Assembly: GCA_027859095.1 (NCBI GenBank)
Contig: JAQIBN010000006.1
Coordinates: 18,008 to 82,007 of the forward strand
Length of the DNA stretch: 64,000 bases
Origin: Spirochaetia bacterium
GTDB taxonomy: Bacteria; Spirochaetota; Spirochaetia; B11-G9
Reading direction: 5' to 3'
Under the pieces are notes generated by a model. That model was not told the DNA's origin. It did no database searches and saw nothing but the letters and a program-made list of their open reading frames with translations. Position numbers and translations under genes: made by a program. Shown in pieces: positions 1-9,795 of the stretch. Position 1 is the first letter of the stretch, and every line of letters begins with the position of its first letter.

Positions 1-1440
1 GGTTGGTTAAGAAACGTCCCTGGAGTCTGTTATGCAACAATTGGTCCTGGAGCAACAAATCTGAGTACTGGAATTGGCAGTGCCTTTTTGGATCGATCTC
101 CTGTTATTGCCCTAACCAGTGAGCCTTCAGAGTCCATGCGGGGTAGAACTACCCAAATGGCTATCGATCAGCATGCTTTTCTGAAGCCTATTACAAAGTG
201 GTCAACCAGACTTAATGAATCGACCATGGATGGAGTTTTTCAGAAAGCTGTTCATATTGCTACTTCAGAATATCCTGGACCTGTTCACATTTCGCTTCCC
301 GGGGATATTGCAAATAAAGATGTTCCTGCCACCAGGCCTTATATAATCCCTACTCCTGTCTTAGCATCTCCTGATGACGCCTCTATAAGACGAGTGGAAG
401 ATCTTTTTAAAAAAGCAAAACGTCCAATTCTTGCAGTGGGTCTTTCAGCTGTACGCCTGGGTCTTGGTGATTATATCAAATCAGTTGCAGAACGTCATAA
501 TATACCTGTCGTACTGACTCCCATGGCAAAGGGACTTATAAGTGAAGATCATCCTTCCTATGCAGGTGTACTGTTTCATGCTCTCAGTAATCGTGTTGCT
601 GACACTTATCGTCAGGCCGACCTTGTTGTAGGGATCGGTTATGACCCGGTGGAGTTCAACTATGAGGAATGGATGCCGGAAGTGGATCTAATTCACATGG
701 ATTCTGTTCCTGCAGATATTGATGCTATGAATTATCCTTCAGTTCTTAATGTTATAGGCCACCCCGGGGAAGCCCTTAAAAGGCTGACAGAAATGGATTC
801 TATTCTCTCGGAATGGGATATGAAGGCTCTTGAGGAGCGTCGTAATGCAATGTTCGCTGAATTTATACCTAAGGGGGATTTTTTCGGCCCTCTTTCGGTT
901 CTTTCTATTCTTCGTGAACTGCTTCCAGATGAAGGAATAATGACCTGTGATGTTGGCTCTCATACCCACTTAATAGGCCAGGCCTGGAGAACGCCTCACC
1001 CATATGGACAGATTATGACTAATGGCTGGTCCTCTATGGGATTCGGTATTCCTGCAGCCATAGGGGCAAAAATTGCACAGCCTGAGCGAGAGGTTGTCTG
1101 TGTTACAGGAGACGGTAGTTTTATGATGATGGCCGGAGAGATGGCAACTGCTAATCGCATGGGTCTTAATATAGTTGTTATTGTCCTTGCAGACCGAACT
1201 CTTGAACTGATTAAAATTAAGCAGGGAAGAAAATCCCTGGAAGTATATGGAACCACATTAAGCAATAAGGATATTCCATCACCTGAATCTATGTTTGGAG
1301 TACCTATATTAACAGTAAAGGATGAAGATTCTTATAGGGAAGCGTTGGAAAAGGCTTTCAGGATCGATGGACCTGTTATTATTGAAGCGCTTATCGACCC
1401 GTCAGAATATAATGGTCTTATCCTTCAAAAGCATAAATAA
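1..1440 (+). CDS. Thiamine pyrophosphate-binding protein, acetolactate synthase-like (5' end outside window)
   Basis: Frame open from base 1 (GVCYATIGPGATNL); GWSSMGFGIPAAIG and ThDP motif GDGSFMM. Confidence 0.9.
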   Translation, partial: GWLRNVPGVCYATIGPGATNLSTGIGSAFLDRSPVIALTSEPSESMRGRTTQMAIDQHAFLKPITKWSTRLNESTMDGVFQKAVHIATSEYPGPVHISLPGDIANKDVPATRPYIIPTPVLASPDDASIRRVEDLFKKAKRPILAVGLSAVRLGLGDYIKSVAERHNIPVVLTPMAKGLISEDHPSYAGVLFHALSNRVADTYRQADLVVGIGYDPVEFNYEEWMPEVDLIHMDSVPADIDAMNYPSVLNVIGHPGEALKRLTEMDSILSEWDMKALEERRNAMFAEFIPKGDFFGPLSVLSILRELLPDEGIMTCDVGSHTHLIGQAWRTPHPYGQIMTNGWSSMGFGIPAAIGAKIAQPEREVVCVTGDGSFMMMAGEMATANRMGLNIVVIVLADRTLELIKIKQGRKSLEVYGTTLSNKDIPSPESMFGVPILTVKDEDSYREALEKAFRIDGPVIIEALIDPSEYNGLILQKHK

Positions 1441-1458
1441 ATATAGGAGTGTAATGAT

Positions 1459-2209
1459 ATGCGTAATACCGGCAAACCGGCAGATCTTGGTGCAAAAAGA
1501 TTGGATACTATCCCCTTTTCGGGAATAAGAAAGGTTTTTGAAGCAGTAAGACAATTGGAATCAAAAGGAACAGACATTATTCATTGGCAAATTGGACGAA
1601 CTGATTTTGATACCCCTGACAATATAAAAAAGGCTGCATCTGAATCTATGAAGAGGGGGTGATGTTCATTATGCGCCAAATCGTGGGGTCCCAGTATTAA
1701 GGAATGCAATTGCAAGACGAACAGAAAAAGATAACGGCATTGCAGTGGATCCGGAATCTCAGGTAATTGTTATGTCCGGGGCTAATGAAGGAATCTTAGT
1801 AGCTATGGAAGCATTCCTTGATCCTGGTGACGAGGTTATTATTCCAAACCCCAATTGGCATCATTATAAATCCTGTGCTCTTATAGCCGGTGGAGCCCCT
1901 GTTGAGGTTGATACTGTAGATACCGAAAACTTTTCTCTTAGAGCAGAGAAGGTAGCTGGTCTGATAACTAAAAAAACAAAAATGATATGTATTACCTCAC
2001 CGGGAAATCCAACTGGATGTGTAAATACATTTATCCAGCATGGTGCAGCAGCAGGACTTGACGATGATCAGTCATTAATAGAAGAACGGATTGAAGAATT
2101 CGCTGAACGTCGCAGGATTATTAAGGAAGGATTGCTGGCAATAAAAGGGATTACTCTTGCAGAACCCATGGGTGCCTTTTATGCATTTCCCGGAATAAAG
2201 AGTTTCTAA
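1459..2209 (+). pseudogene. Class I/II PLP aminotransferase, broken
   Basis: N-terminus SGIRKVF...IGRTDFDTP; frameshift in G-run ~1655 (other frame DVHYAPNRG); SPGNPTGCV joined directly to NTFIQHGA, so SDEIY and the PLP-lysine region are missing; ends just after GAFYAFP. Confidence 0.85.
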
Positions 2210-2320
2210 AGGTTTAAAACTGGCAGTTATGATACTGTTGGTAATGGCTCTCTTTGCTGCTCCGTTATTTGCGGCTGCACAAAAAGAGGAAGCAGGTGAG
2301 AGTAAAAAGATCAGTATAGC
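2208..2320 (+). pseudogene. N-terminal remnant (signal peptide) of ABC substrate-binding protein
   Basis: Reads KGLKLAVMILLVMALFAAPLFAAAQKEEAGESKKISIA, resembling the leaders of the intact SBPs in this window. Confidence 0.6.
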
Positions 2321-2323
2321 CCT

Positions 2324-2483
2324 GCAATGCTTGGGGCACTTGTCAGGCTTATTTTAGATGGCACTTTATCCCGAAATGTTTGCCTCAATTACTGCTATCG
2401 TGTTATTTGCATCACTGGTAGTAAGTTCTCTCCAGCGATTGGAGGGCATATTGTTTTCAAAGAAAGGGAAGGCCGTTGGATAA
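2324..2483 (+). pseudogene. Remnants of a NitT/TauT ABC permease (two pieces, out of frame)
   Basis: AMLGALVRLILDGTL, then in another frame YPEMFASITAIVLFASLVVSSLQRLEGILF...stop, typical of a permease C-terminus. Confidence 0.6.
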
Positions 2484-2525
2484 CGGTATTGGATTACGAC
2501 ATTATACAGAGGAGGCTATACAACA

Positions 2526-3305
2526 ATGCAATCACAAGTAGTAACAACTGAACATATAATAGAAGTAAAGGGAATATCTAAAACCTATGATGGCGGTGTA
2601 GAGGCCATAAAAAATATTGACCTTCAAATACCCAGAGGGGAACTTACTACTCTTTTGGGTCCAAGCGGATGTGGAAAAACGACACTCCTTAAGATAATTG
2701 CCGGACTTCTTCCTCCAAGTGGAGGAGAGGTTCTAATAAATAATAAACCAGTACATGGGCCAGGCCCGGAACGGGCATTTGTTTTTCAGGATTTTGCACT
2801 TCTTCCATGGGCTACTGTTTTGAGAAATGTATCATTTGGTCTGGAACTTCGTAAAATGCCGAAGGCTCAGCGACACGAGATTGCCCGGAAGTATATTAGT
2901 GAGGTTGGGCTTGATGGATTTGAGAATTCTTATCCCCATGAGTTATCCGGGGGAATGCGTCAAAGAGTAGGCCTTGCAAGGGCATTAACTGTTGATTCTG
3001 ACATATTGTTAATGGATGAACCCTTTGCTTCAGTTGATGAGCAGACTCGTAGAAAACTGCAGGATGATTTGCTTAAACTTCTGCAAATAGAAAAGAAGAC
3101 TGTTATTTTTGTGACTCACAGTATTGAAGAAGCAGTATATGTCTCTGATAAAGTCGTGCTGCTTGGCCCAAGACCAAGCTCTGTTATGAAAATAATTGAT
3201 ACTGGACTGGATCATATAAAAAGCGATGGTGATATCCGTCGTGATAAGCATTATTTGGACCTGGTAGAGGATCTATGGCTTATTCTTAAACAGTATCTTA
3301 CGTAG
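2526..3305 (+). CDS. NitT/TauT family ABC transporter ATP-binding protein
   Basis: GPSGCGKT, VFQDFALLPW, LSGGMRQR, LLMDEPF, FVTH. Confidence 0.95.
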   Translation: MQSQVVTTEHIIEVKGISKTYDGGVEAIKNIDLQIPRGELTTLLGPSGCGKTTLLKIIAGLLPPSGGEVLINNKPVHGPGPERAFVFQDFALLPWATVLRNVSFGLELRKMPKAQRHEIARKYISEVGLDGFENSYPHELSGGMRQRVGLARALTVDSDILLMDEPFASVDEQTRRKLQDDLLKLLQIEKKTVIFVTHSIEEAVYVSDKVVLLGPRPSSVMKIIDTGLDHIKSDGDIRRDKHYLDLVEDLWLILKQYLT

Positions 3306-3317
3306 AGGGGTGAAAAA

Positions 3318-4070
3318 ATGACAATATTTGGTAAAAAAATTCCTATGTTTTTTGCTCTTTTTATTTGGATGATTGTATGGGAAATTATCGGACGCATGGA
3401 ATTATTATTTCTTATTCCACCTTTTACTAAAGTACTTACGGGGATGTGGGAACTCCTTGGCAATGGTAAATTCCATGCTGCTCTTGGCATTAGTTTCACC
3501 TCTTTTCTTTATGGTATGGGTCTGGCTATTGTAATAGGTATCCCACTAGGTGTACTAATGGGGCGAATAAAGCTGGTCGACGAATTGGCAGGTATGTGGG
3601 TAAATGTATTTGTAAGTGCTCCCCTTTCAGCTGTTATTCCTGCCCTTATGGTACTTCTGGGTTTTGGGCAGACTACAGTAATTTTTACAGTTATGCTTTT
3701 TGCTGTCTGGATAATTACTATCGATACAAGAGCGGGAGTAAAAAATATTAGCCCTTCTTTGATAGAAATGTCGAATTCTTACGGTGCAGGAAAATGGGAC
3801 CTTTACAGTAAGGTTATTTTCTGGGCCGCGTTACCTGAGATCCTTGCTGGTTTGAGACTGGGATTAATTCGTGGTGTAAGGGGTGTTGTAGTAGGCCAAT
3901 TGCTAATAGCTATTGTGGGCCTTGGTGAACTATTTGAACTATATTCCAGAAATTTTCTTATGGATCTTTTTTGGGCACTGGTTGTTCTAATTTTTATGTT
4001 TGCATATGTAATAAGTGAAATAGTCAATCACTTTGAACAAAAAGTAGAATTCTACGCAGGACAGCGTTAA
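3318..4070 (+). CDS. NitT/TauT family ABC transporter permease
   Basis: Six hydrophobic segments, EAA-like loop LIEMSNSYGA, follows the ATPase. Confidence 0.9.
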   Translation: MTIFGKKIPMFFALFIWMIVWEIIGRMELLFLIPPFTKVLTGMWELLGNGKFHAALGISFTSFLYGMGLAIVIGIPLGVLMGRIKLVDELAGMWVNVFVSAPLSAVIPALMVLLGFGQTTVIFTVMLFAVWIITIDTRAGVKNISPSLIEMSNSYGAGKWDLYSKVIFWAALPEILAGLRLGLIRGVRGVVVGQLLIAIVGLGELFELYSRNFLMDLFWALVVLIFMFAYVISEIVNHFEQKVEFYAGQR

Positions 4071-4102
4071 TTAAAGTATTATAGGTTTCACATTTTCATA
4101 TG

Positions 4103-4526
4103 GGTATGGTTGGAATAGAGATGATTGATACTTTAATAAAAAGGGAGATACCAGTAAGGTTCTTGCTCTTAAACCACTTCACGATTATGCAAAAATTAAG
4201 CGGGTAATTGTATCTACTTACCAGGCTGTTTCAGGCTCAGGTATTAAGGCCTTTGAGGGACTGAAAAGAAAATTACTGTTGAGAAAGCAAGAGAATTGTT
4301 ATTATCAACTCCTGGAGTAAAACTGGTTGATGATGTTAAAAAAAATCTCTATCCAATGCCATTATACTCTAATAATGAAGACCTGACTATGGTAGGTAGA
4401 ATACGAGAGGATCTTACAGTAGCCAACGGTTTGAATATCTGGGTTGTTTCAAATAATATCAGAAAGGGAGCTGCATTGAATGCAGTACAAATAGTTGAAA
4501 AACTCATAGATCTGAATATCGTATAG
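4103..4526 (+). pseudogene. asd: Aspartate-semialdehyde dehydrogenase relic in three out-of-frame pieces
   Basis: GMVGIEMIDTLIKREIPV / VLALKPLHDYAKIKRVIVSTYQAVSGSG / VGRIREDL...NNIRKGAALNAVQIVE. Confidence 0.85.
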
Positions 4527-4593
4527 AAAAAAGCACCCCAGATGGTTCAGATTACTGATTTAAAATATTGTGACCCAGTGCCTTGAAGATGGT

Positions 4594-5025
4594 TTAGGGC
4601 TGGGGGGGTGTCAAATTTGTCTCTAAAGAGGAAATATCCTTTTCAATTTTTTTTATTTTGCCTGTCATTTGATTTATTCTGTATTCGATGGAATTAAGTA
4701 TCCAGAATTGAAAATGATTAAACTTATGCTGGGAATGAATCATCCATACTATTTTTATTGATACCAGTAGAACACTTAGCTCGAGAGAAATAAAAGATGG
4801 AAGCCAATGAGTTGTTATTTCAGTTATGAAAAAGAAACTTATCAGAAGAAGAAATACAATATTGATTATTGTATCGACTTTTGAATATGATTTTCCTCCA
4901 ATTTTTCCCAGCTTATTTTTTATTTCATCACGTTCCTTATTATTTTCCTGAATTTCTTTAAGAATTTCCTCTTTCTTCTCTTTCAAATCTTCAGTATTTT
5001 GAGTGCGGCCATCTGTAGTACTCAT
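4594..5025 (-). CDS. Hypothetical two-TM protein with coiled-coil ends
   Basis: 143-aa ORF, two hydrophobic helices, start overlaps upstream stop (ATGA). Confidence 0.7.
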   Translation of the reverse strand: MSTTDGRTQNTEDLKEKKEEILKEIQENNKERDEIKNKLGKIGGKSYSKVDTIINIVFLLLISFFFITEITTHWLPSFISLELSVLLVSIKIVWMIHSQHKFNHFQFWILNSIEYRINQMTGKIKKIEKDISSLETNLTPPQP

Positions 5026-6296
5026 CGAAAGGCTCCTATTATAATAATTTGTGAATATATAAGTGCAAATATCAGCATTGTGATTATAAGCGGCAGCAAT
5101 GATATTAAACTCTTTGCCAGGCTTGTTTTAAAGTGCTCATTGGTTACAATAAGACATATATGTACCGGAGACATCATAACTCCCATGAATCCGAATGAGA
5201 ATGCAAGGGAAACTGTAGAGAGTATTTGATACAATGCGGGATCTCTTCCCAAAAGGGAAATTGCAATTGGAATTGAAGCTCCTGCAAATCCAACTGTTAT
5301 TCCTGTTGTGAGGCCGCTGACAAAAGGGATAATCATTATTAAGGCAATAATAGGGATGCCAAGATCATCAAGTTCCATTCTCATCTGATCCATCAAAAGT
5401 ACACCATTGGGCATTCTTGCTTCAATAAATGCTCCGTAAATACTGACCAGCACTACTATAATAACCATAATTACAGGTTTTTTATTTATTATTACTGCCT
5501 TCCAGTCTAACATAGATAGTGGCCTTTCAAACTGAAGAAGAATCATGGCACTCAATAGACCTATACTCATGGGCAGGTATTTACTAATTATAGAAATTTT
5601 AGGGAAAAATACTAATATAATTATATAAACAACAATAACTACCACTATCGGAGATATTAGTTTGTAGATCCCTTTATTGGCTTTTGTCTTGATAATTTTC
5701 TGATTTTTTACCTTTCGAAGGAGGAAAAAATACCCGGTAGCTATAGCTGCCACAGTCATAGGGAGTCCTAGAAGGAATAGCTGCCAAATTGGTAAGTTGA
5801 CAATATTTGCGGTTAAAATCAACCCTGGATAAAGTGGCCATGTATATTCCCAAATGTGTCTGAACCAATAGTTTATCTTTGTTTTTAAAGCAGGATCAAT
5901 AATAGAATTTTCATCACAGTCATCAACCAAAGGGGCAGAGAAAATTGCTCCACCTGGCATAGGAAGAAGCCCTATAATTGCCGGAAGAACTGCTATAGCC
6001 CCCTTCACTGAAAGTTTCACCTTTATTGTATCAACAAGATCTCTCATTATACCAGCTTTTGCCATCTGGGATGAAAGCCATATAACAAGGAAGATAATTG
6101 CAGAAAGCATGGCATTATCTATACTGTAGAATTCTGTCCAGCTGATGGATCCTATAGCAGATATTGAGTGACCTGACCATAAGGCCAGGGTTACTGTTCC
6201 AGCAAGAATAGAAAATGCCAGATTTTTTATCATCTTATTGGCAATTAAAATAATGGAAAGTGATGCTAGAATTTTAACAAGTACTGGTATTATCAT
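5022..6296 (-). CDS. DUF401 family membrane protein (putative transporter)
   Basis: IGLLPMPGGAIFSAP, NYWFRHIWEYTWPLYP, SPVHICL. Confidence 0.85.
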   Translation of the reverse strand: MIIPVLVKILASLSIILIANKMIKNLAFSILAGTVTLALWSGHSISAIGSISWTEFYSIDNAMLSAIIFLVIWLSSQMAKAGIMRDLVDTIKVKLSVKGAIAVLPAIIGLLPMPGGAIFSAPLVDDCDENSIIDPALKTKINYWFRHIWEYTWPLYPGLILTANIVNLPIWQLFLLGLPMTVAAIATGYFFLLRKVKNQKIIKTKANKGIYKLISPIVVVIVVYIIILVFFPKISIISKYLPMSIGLLSAMILLQFERPLSMLDWKAVIINKKPVIMVIIVVLVSIYGAFIEARMPNGVLLMDQMRMELDDLGIPIIALIMIIPFVSGLTTGITVGFAGASIPIAISLLGRDPALYQILSTVSLAFSFGFMGVMMSPVHICLIVTNEHFKTSLAKSLISLLPLIITMLIFALIYSQIIIIGAFR

Positions 6297-6307
6297 TGAA
6301 AACTAAC

Positions 6308-7495
6308 CTATTCATTCTTTGTTGCTGATATTTTTTCGGAAATATTCATAAAAGCTTCAAGTCCTATGGCATCAAAGGGGTTTGTTGGGGATCCTTCTCC
6401 GCTTCCAAATATCATAACTTCCGGAAGTTGAATTTTCGCCAATTCAGCTGCAACTCCTATTGCTGTTTCTTTTTCCAACTCAGCTTTATCTCTGGGAGTT
6501 ATACCTGCCTGAACCAATAATGTTGCTCCCTTGGCTTCAGCTTCTCTGATGCTAAGATTGGCTGCTGCTTCCTCTTCTGCTCTCTGTTTGTTTAATTTTG
6601 ATACTTCAAACTCTTTTTCTGCTTGTGTAACGGCTTTTATTTTTAAAACTTCCTCTTCTGCTCTGGCTACAGCAATCCGTGCTTTCCCTTGTTCTTCTGC
6701 AGTAATTGCATCTTGTTTGGCTCTTTCTGCATTAGCCTGGGCAACAATTCTTTGCTGTTCAGCTTCTTTCTTTTTCGAAATAAGAGAATCTATTGTTGCA
6801 TCAAAATCAATATCCTTAATTACAAACTGCAGGATCTCAATATCATATCTAATAAAAGGTGAAATTTTTCTTACAACTGCTTTTCCGGATTCATCATATT
6901 TAACTTTAACAGTTCTTTCAATGAATTCCTTCCCTTCAAGATTTGTATATATTCGTTCTTCAGCAACAGTTTCAAAAATCCCCCTTCGAATCTGTTCTTC
7001 TGCCAGGGTAGTAAATTCTGATCGTCTGGTTGAATAGGATTCTTCTGCCTTCATTAGGGTAGATGTTTGCATAAGAGCTTCAATTACTACCTGTCTGATA
7101 AGATCGCTCTGTAGCTTGTCATAGGATTTGAAATCCTGGTGCAGTAGTAATTGATTCTCTTCTTTTAAGGATAATCTGAATTTTATAGAACCTGATATAT
7201 CAGCTGTTCCTCCATCATTAAAACGAACTCTGATGGTAGCAGCAGCCTCCCCCGAACCGCCTTCGAGATCAGAATTACTAAAATAATTCATATCAGATAT
7301 TTGGTAGGTTTCAATTGATCCAAAGAATTTACCATACATACCTGGTTTATCATGGACAGAAATTTTTCCGGTAATTGCAGCCTGCTTTATCTGGTAGTAA
7401 CCAGATTTGTTTGTGGAAACAAGATAGCTGGAAGATGTAAAGATTACTCCACCCAGAATAACAAGTATTACTATTGTACCTATCAGTTTTTTCAT
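6308..7495 (-). CDS. SPFH/Band 7 domain membrane protein
   Basis: N-terminal TM, SPFH-like core, Ala/Glu-rich coiled-coil tail (AEQQR..AEEQGKA..AEEEV). Confidence 0.85.
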   Translation of the reverse strand: MKKLIGTIVILVILGGVIFTSSSYLVSTNKSGYYQIKQAAITGKISVHDKPGMYGKFFGSIETYQISDMNYFSNSDLEGGSGEAAATIRVRFNDGGTADISGSIKFRLSLKEENQLLLHQDFKSYDKLQSDLIRQVVIEALMQTSTLMKAEESYSTRRSEFTTLAEEQIRRGIFETVAEERIYTNLEGKEFIERTVKVKYDESGKAVVRKISPFIRYDIEILQFVIKDIDFDATIDSLISKKKEAEQQRIVAQANAERAKQDAITAEEQGKARIAVARAEEEVLKIKAVTQAEKEFEVSKLNKQRAEEEAAANLSIREAEAKGATLLVQAGITPRDKAELEKETAIGVAAELAKIQLPEVMIFGSGEGSPTNPFDAIGLEAFMNISEKISATKNE

Positions 7496-7669
7496 ATTCT
7501 CCTCCTCTAAAGTGACAGTATAACAAAGAGTTTAAAACTATTCTATTAAGCTTTTTGCGCTGCATCACATTTTGAATTTAAAAAGTAGCTCTTATCTAAT
7601 CCAGGTACTAATATCTGGCGCAAAATAGCCAAAAACAAGCTGTTACCATAGATATCACAAAATCCTCTA

Positions 7670-7698
7670 TTGACAATAGTAAAATGAATTCTTACTTT
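7670..7698 (+). promoter_or_regulatory. Putative sigma70 promoter
   Basis: TTGACA-17bp-TACTTT upstream of the 7736 ORF. Confidence 0.5.
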
Positions 7699-7735
7699 AC
7701 TCAGGAAAGTTAGTAAATAATGAGGAATATAAATC

Positions 7736-8113
7736 TTGATTAATAATAAAGCTGTAGTTGTACTTGGAGCAAGCCCTAAGACCAGTCGTTATTCCAACAT
7801 GGCAGTAAGGCAGCTTAAGAGTAACGGATTTCGAGTAATACCTGTAAATCCAGGGCATTCTAATGTAGAAGGATTGGAGACTGTATCAAGGTTAAGTGAA
7901 ATTGAGGAACCAGTTCATACTTTAACCCTATATTTGAGTCCGGTCTGGAGTGAAAGGATTGCAGAAGATATACTTAATTTAAAACCGGATAGAGTAATAT
8001 TTAATCCTGGAACAGAATCCTATATATTAAGAGAATCTTTAAATAATTCTGGAATACCATATATTGAGGCCTGTACTTTAGTAATGCTAAGTACTGGCCA
8101 ATTTAGTAATTAA
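7736..8113 (+). CDS. CoA-binding protein (YccU-like)
   Basis: VVLGASPKTSRYS, PVNP, RVIFNPGTE, ACTLVML. Confidence 0.9.
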   Translation: MINNKAVVVLGASPKTSRYSNMAVRQLKSNGFRVIPVNPGHSNVEGLETVSRLSEIEEPVHTLTLYLSPVWSERIAEDILNLKPDRVIFNPGTESYILRESLNNSGIPYIEACTLVMLSTGQFSN

Positions 8114-8243
8114 TCATAGTAGAATATGAAAATAATTGTACAATAAAATATAACAGAGCCTGCCTTATCTGAAAATACAAAAATTATTGAGTCTAAATCT
8201 TTTTAGTGTAAAGAGATAGTTATACGAGGAGATTTGATCTAGT

Positions 8244-8259
8244 TGGCACGTTTTTTGCA
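8244..8259 (+). promoter_or_regulatory. Sigma54 (-24/-12) promoter
   Basis: TGGCACGTTTTTTGCA, exact GG-N10-GC consensus, 40 nt before the 8300 ATG. Confidence 0.8.
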
Positions 8260-8299
8260 TACTAACTACAGTAGGTTATTTTAAATAGGTGGTTTATTT

Positions 8300-8905
8300 A
8301 TGTCTGAAGCAGCTTTGCTTAAAAGTTCTGCATATATTAAAGAAATAAAGATTGAAGTTGTAAGGAAGTCTATTCATATGATGGTGGCTTTTGTACCTAT
8401 GCTGGCAAGATATAATCTTGTTTTAACATTTAGTGCACTTGTTGCCGGTCTTTTGCTCTATACCTATTCAGAATTTATGCGTTTGAGGGGTGTACAAACC
8501 GCTTTAATTTCACAGATTACTTCAGCAGCAACTAGAGATAAGGATAAGGGTTTTGTTTTTGGACCGGTTACTCTTGCAATTGGAACACTTATGGCCTTGA
8601 TGTTATATCCGGAACCGGCAGCAGCAGTTGCAATTTATGCTCTCGCTTTTGGAGATGGATTTTCTGCACTCTTTGGTAAGCTTTTTGGACGTATGACGAT
8701 TCCTTTTACTGGTGGTAAAACATATGCTGGTTCAACTGCATGTCTACTTTCAGTTTTTCTTACAACACTGGCTGTTTCCGGGTCCCTTAGAGTGTCTATT
8801 ATAATTGCAGTATTGGCTACGTTCCTTGAATCACTTCCTTCTGGTGATCTTGATAATATGATTATCCCTGTTGGGACAGGTTTTGTTGCAGTTCTGGTAA
8901 TGTAG
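8300..8905 (+). CDS. SEC59/DGK1/VTE5 family (dolichol/phytol kinase-like, CTP-dependent) membrane protein
   Basis: RKSIH, LAFGDGFSALFGK, GKTYAGS, DLDNMIIP. Confidence 0.85.
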   Translation: MSEAALLKSSAYIKEIKIEVVRKSIHMMVAFVPMLARYNLVLTFSALVAGLLLYTYSEFMRLRGVQTALISQITSAATRDKDKGFVFGPVTLAIGTLMALMLYPEPAAAVAIYALAFGDGFSALFGKLFGRMTIPFTGGKTYAGSTACLLSVFLTTLAVSGSLRVSIIIAVLATFLESLPSGDLDNMIIPVGTGFVAVLVM

Positions 8906-8907
8906 GA

Positions 8908-9711
8908 TTAAGTCCACTGGTATATTTTGTGAATTTTGTATCCGAACAGAGCTGTTCCCATAATAAGGCTCAATATAGCGATATAGCTAAGAGTCTCAGG
9001 AATTAAAGTAAAAAGTATTTCATTTCCTACAGAAATTAACCCCACAGCCAGAGCAAGAAACAGATACTCATGATTATTATTTTTTATAGCTCCGACTAAA
9101 AAATTTAGTACAGCAAATAATTGTAGAATTATAAAAATTTTATTTATTCCATATTCAGATCCGGTTCCTTTTAAAAGGATAATATTTGTCTCTAAAAGAT
9201 CAATTGGTATTGACAGTGACAGGATAAATGAAATTAACATTATTAAGAGAAGAAAAGATTGCTGTTTTTGAAATGGTATACCTGTTGAAAATAATCCTGA
9301 TGTGAATAAGCATAAAATTATTACAATTTTTTCAAAATAAACAACTCTTGATATTGTCTCAGATAAATAAACAGGATATCCCAGAAATCCATCTACAAGA
9401 AATAAGCTACGAAATGAAGTAAATGAAAGGGCAAGTAAAGCAAGACTAAAGAAAAACATTTCGGGTGAGGCAATTTTTTTAAACAGACTTCGTAATATAA
9501 GACCTGCTATAACAACAAATAAATTCTTTATAAAAATCAGATATAGGACATTGAATGGAGAATGATTCAAGGTCAGTTGATTAAACTCTTCAGGTATAAT
9601 AACTCCATTTAGTTTCAAGTGCAGAAATATAATTACAATTATTATAAGAACAAGCATAATTATAGATATGTATATTGCAATTTGGGTTATGTAGGAGCGT
9701 ATAGGTCTCAT
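8908..9711 (-). CDS. Hypothetical polytopic membrane protein
   Basis: 267 aa, about 8 hydrophobic segments. Confidence 0.7.
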   Translation of the reverse strand: MRPIRSYITQIAIYISIIMLVLIIIVIIFLHLKLNGVIIPEEFNQLTLNHSPFNVLYLIFIKNLFVVIAGLILRSLFKKIASPEMFFFSLALLALSFTSFRSLFLVDGFLGYPVYLSETISRVVYFEKIVIILCLFTSGLFSTGIPFQKQQSFLLLIMLISFILSLSIPIDLLETNIILLKGTGSEYGINKIFIILQLFAVLNFLVGAIKNNNHEYLFLALAVGLISVGNEILFTLIPETLSYIAILSLIMGTALFGYKIHKIYQWT

Positions 9712-9795
9712 AATTGTATATTAAACGAGAAAATATAAAAATTGCTACAGGGAAGATGAGTTTCTTTCGATAATTTTTACTGGGAGGATCTCAAA

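Noticed and set aside
6531..7037. 168-aa plus-strand ORF
   Set aside because: Antisense shadow of the SPFH coiled-coil region; the other short overlapping antisense ORFs in the track were rejected for the same reason
7617..7630. TGGCGCAAAATAGC as a sigma54 promoter
   Set aside because: GG-GC spacing is 9 nt, not the required 10
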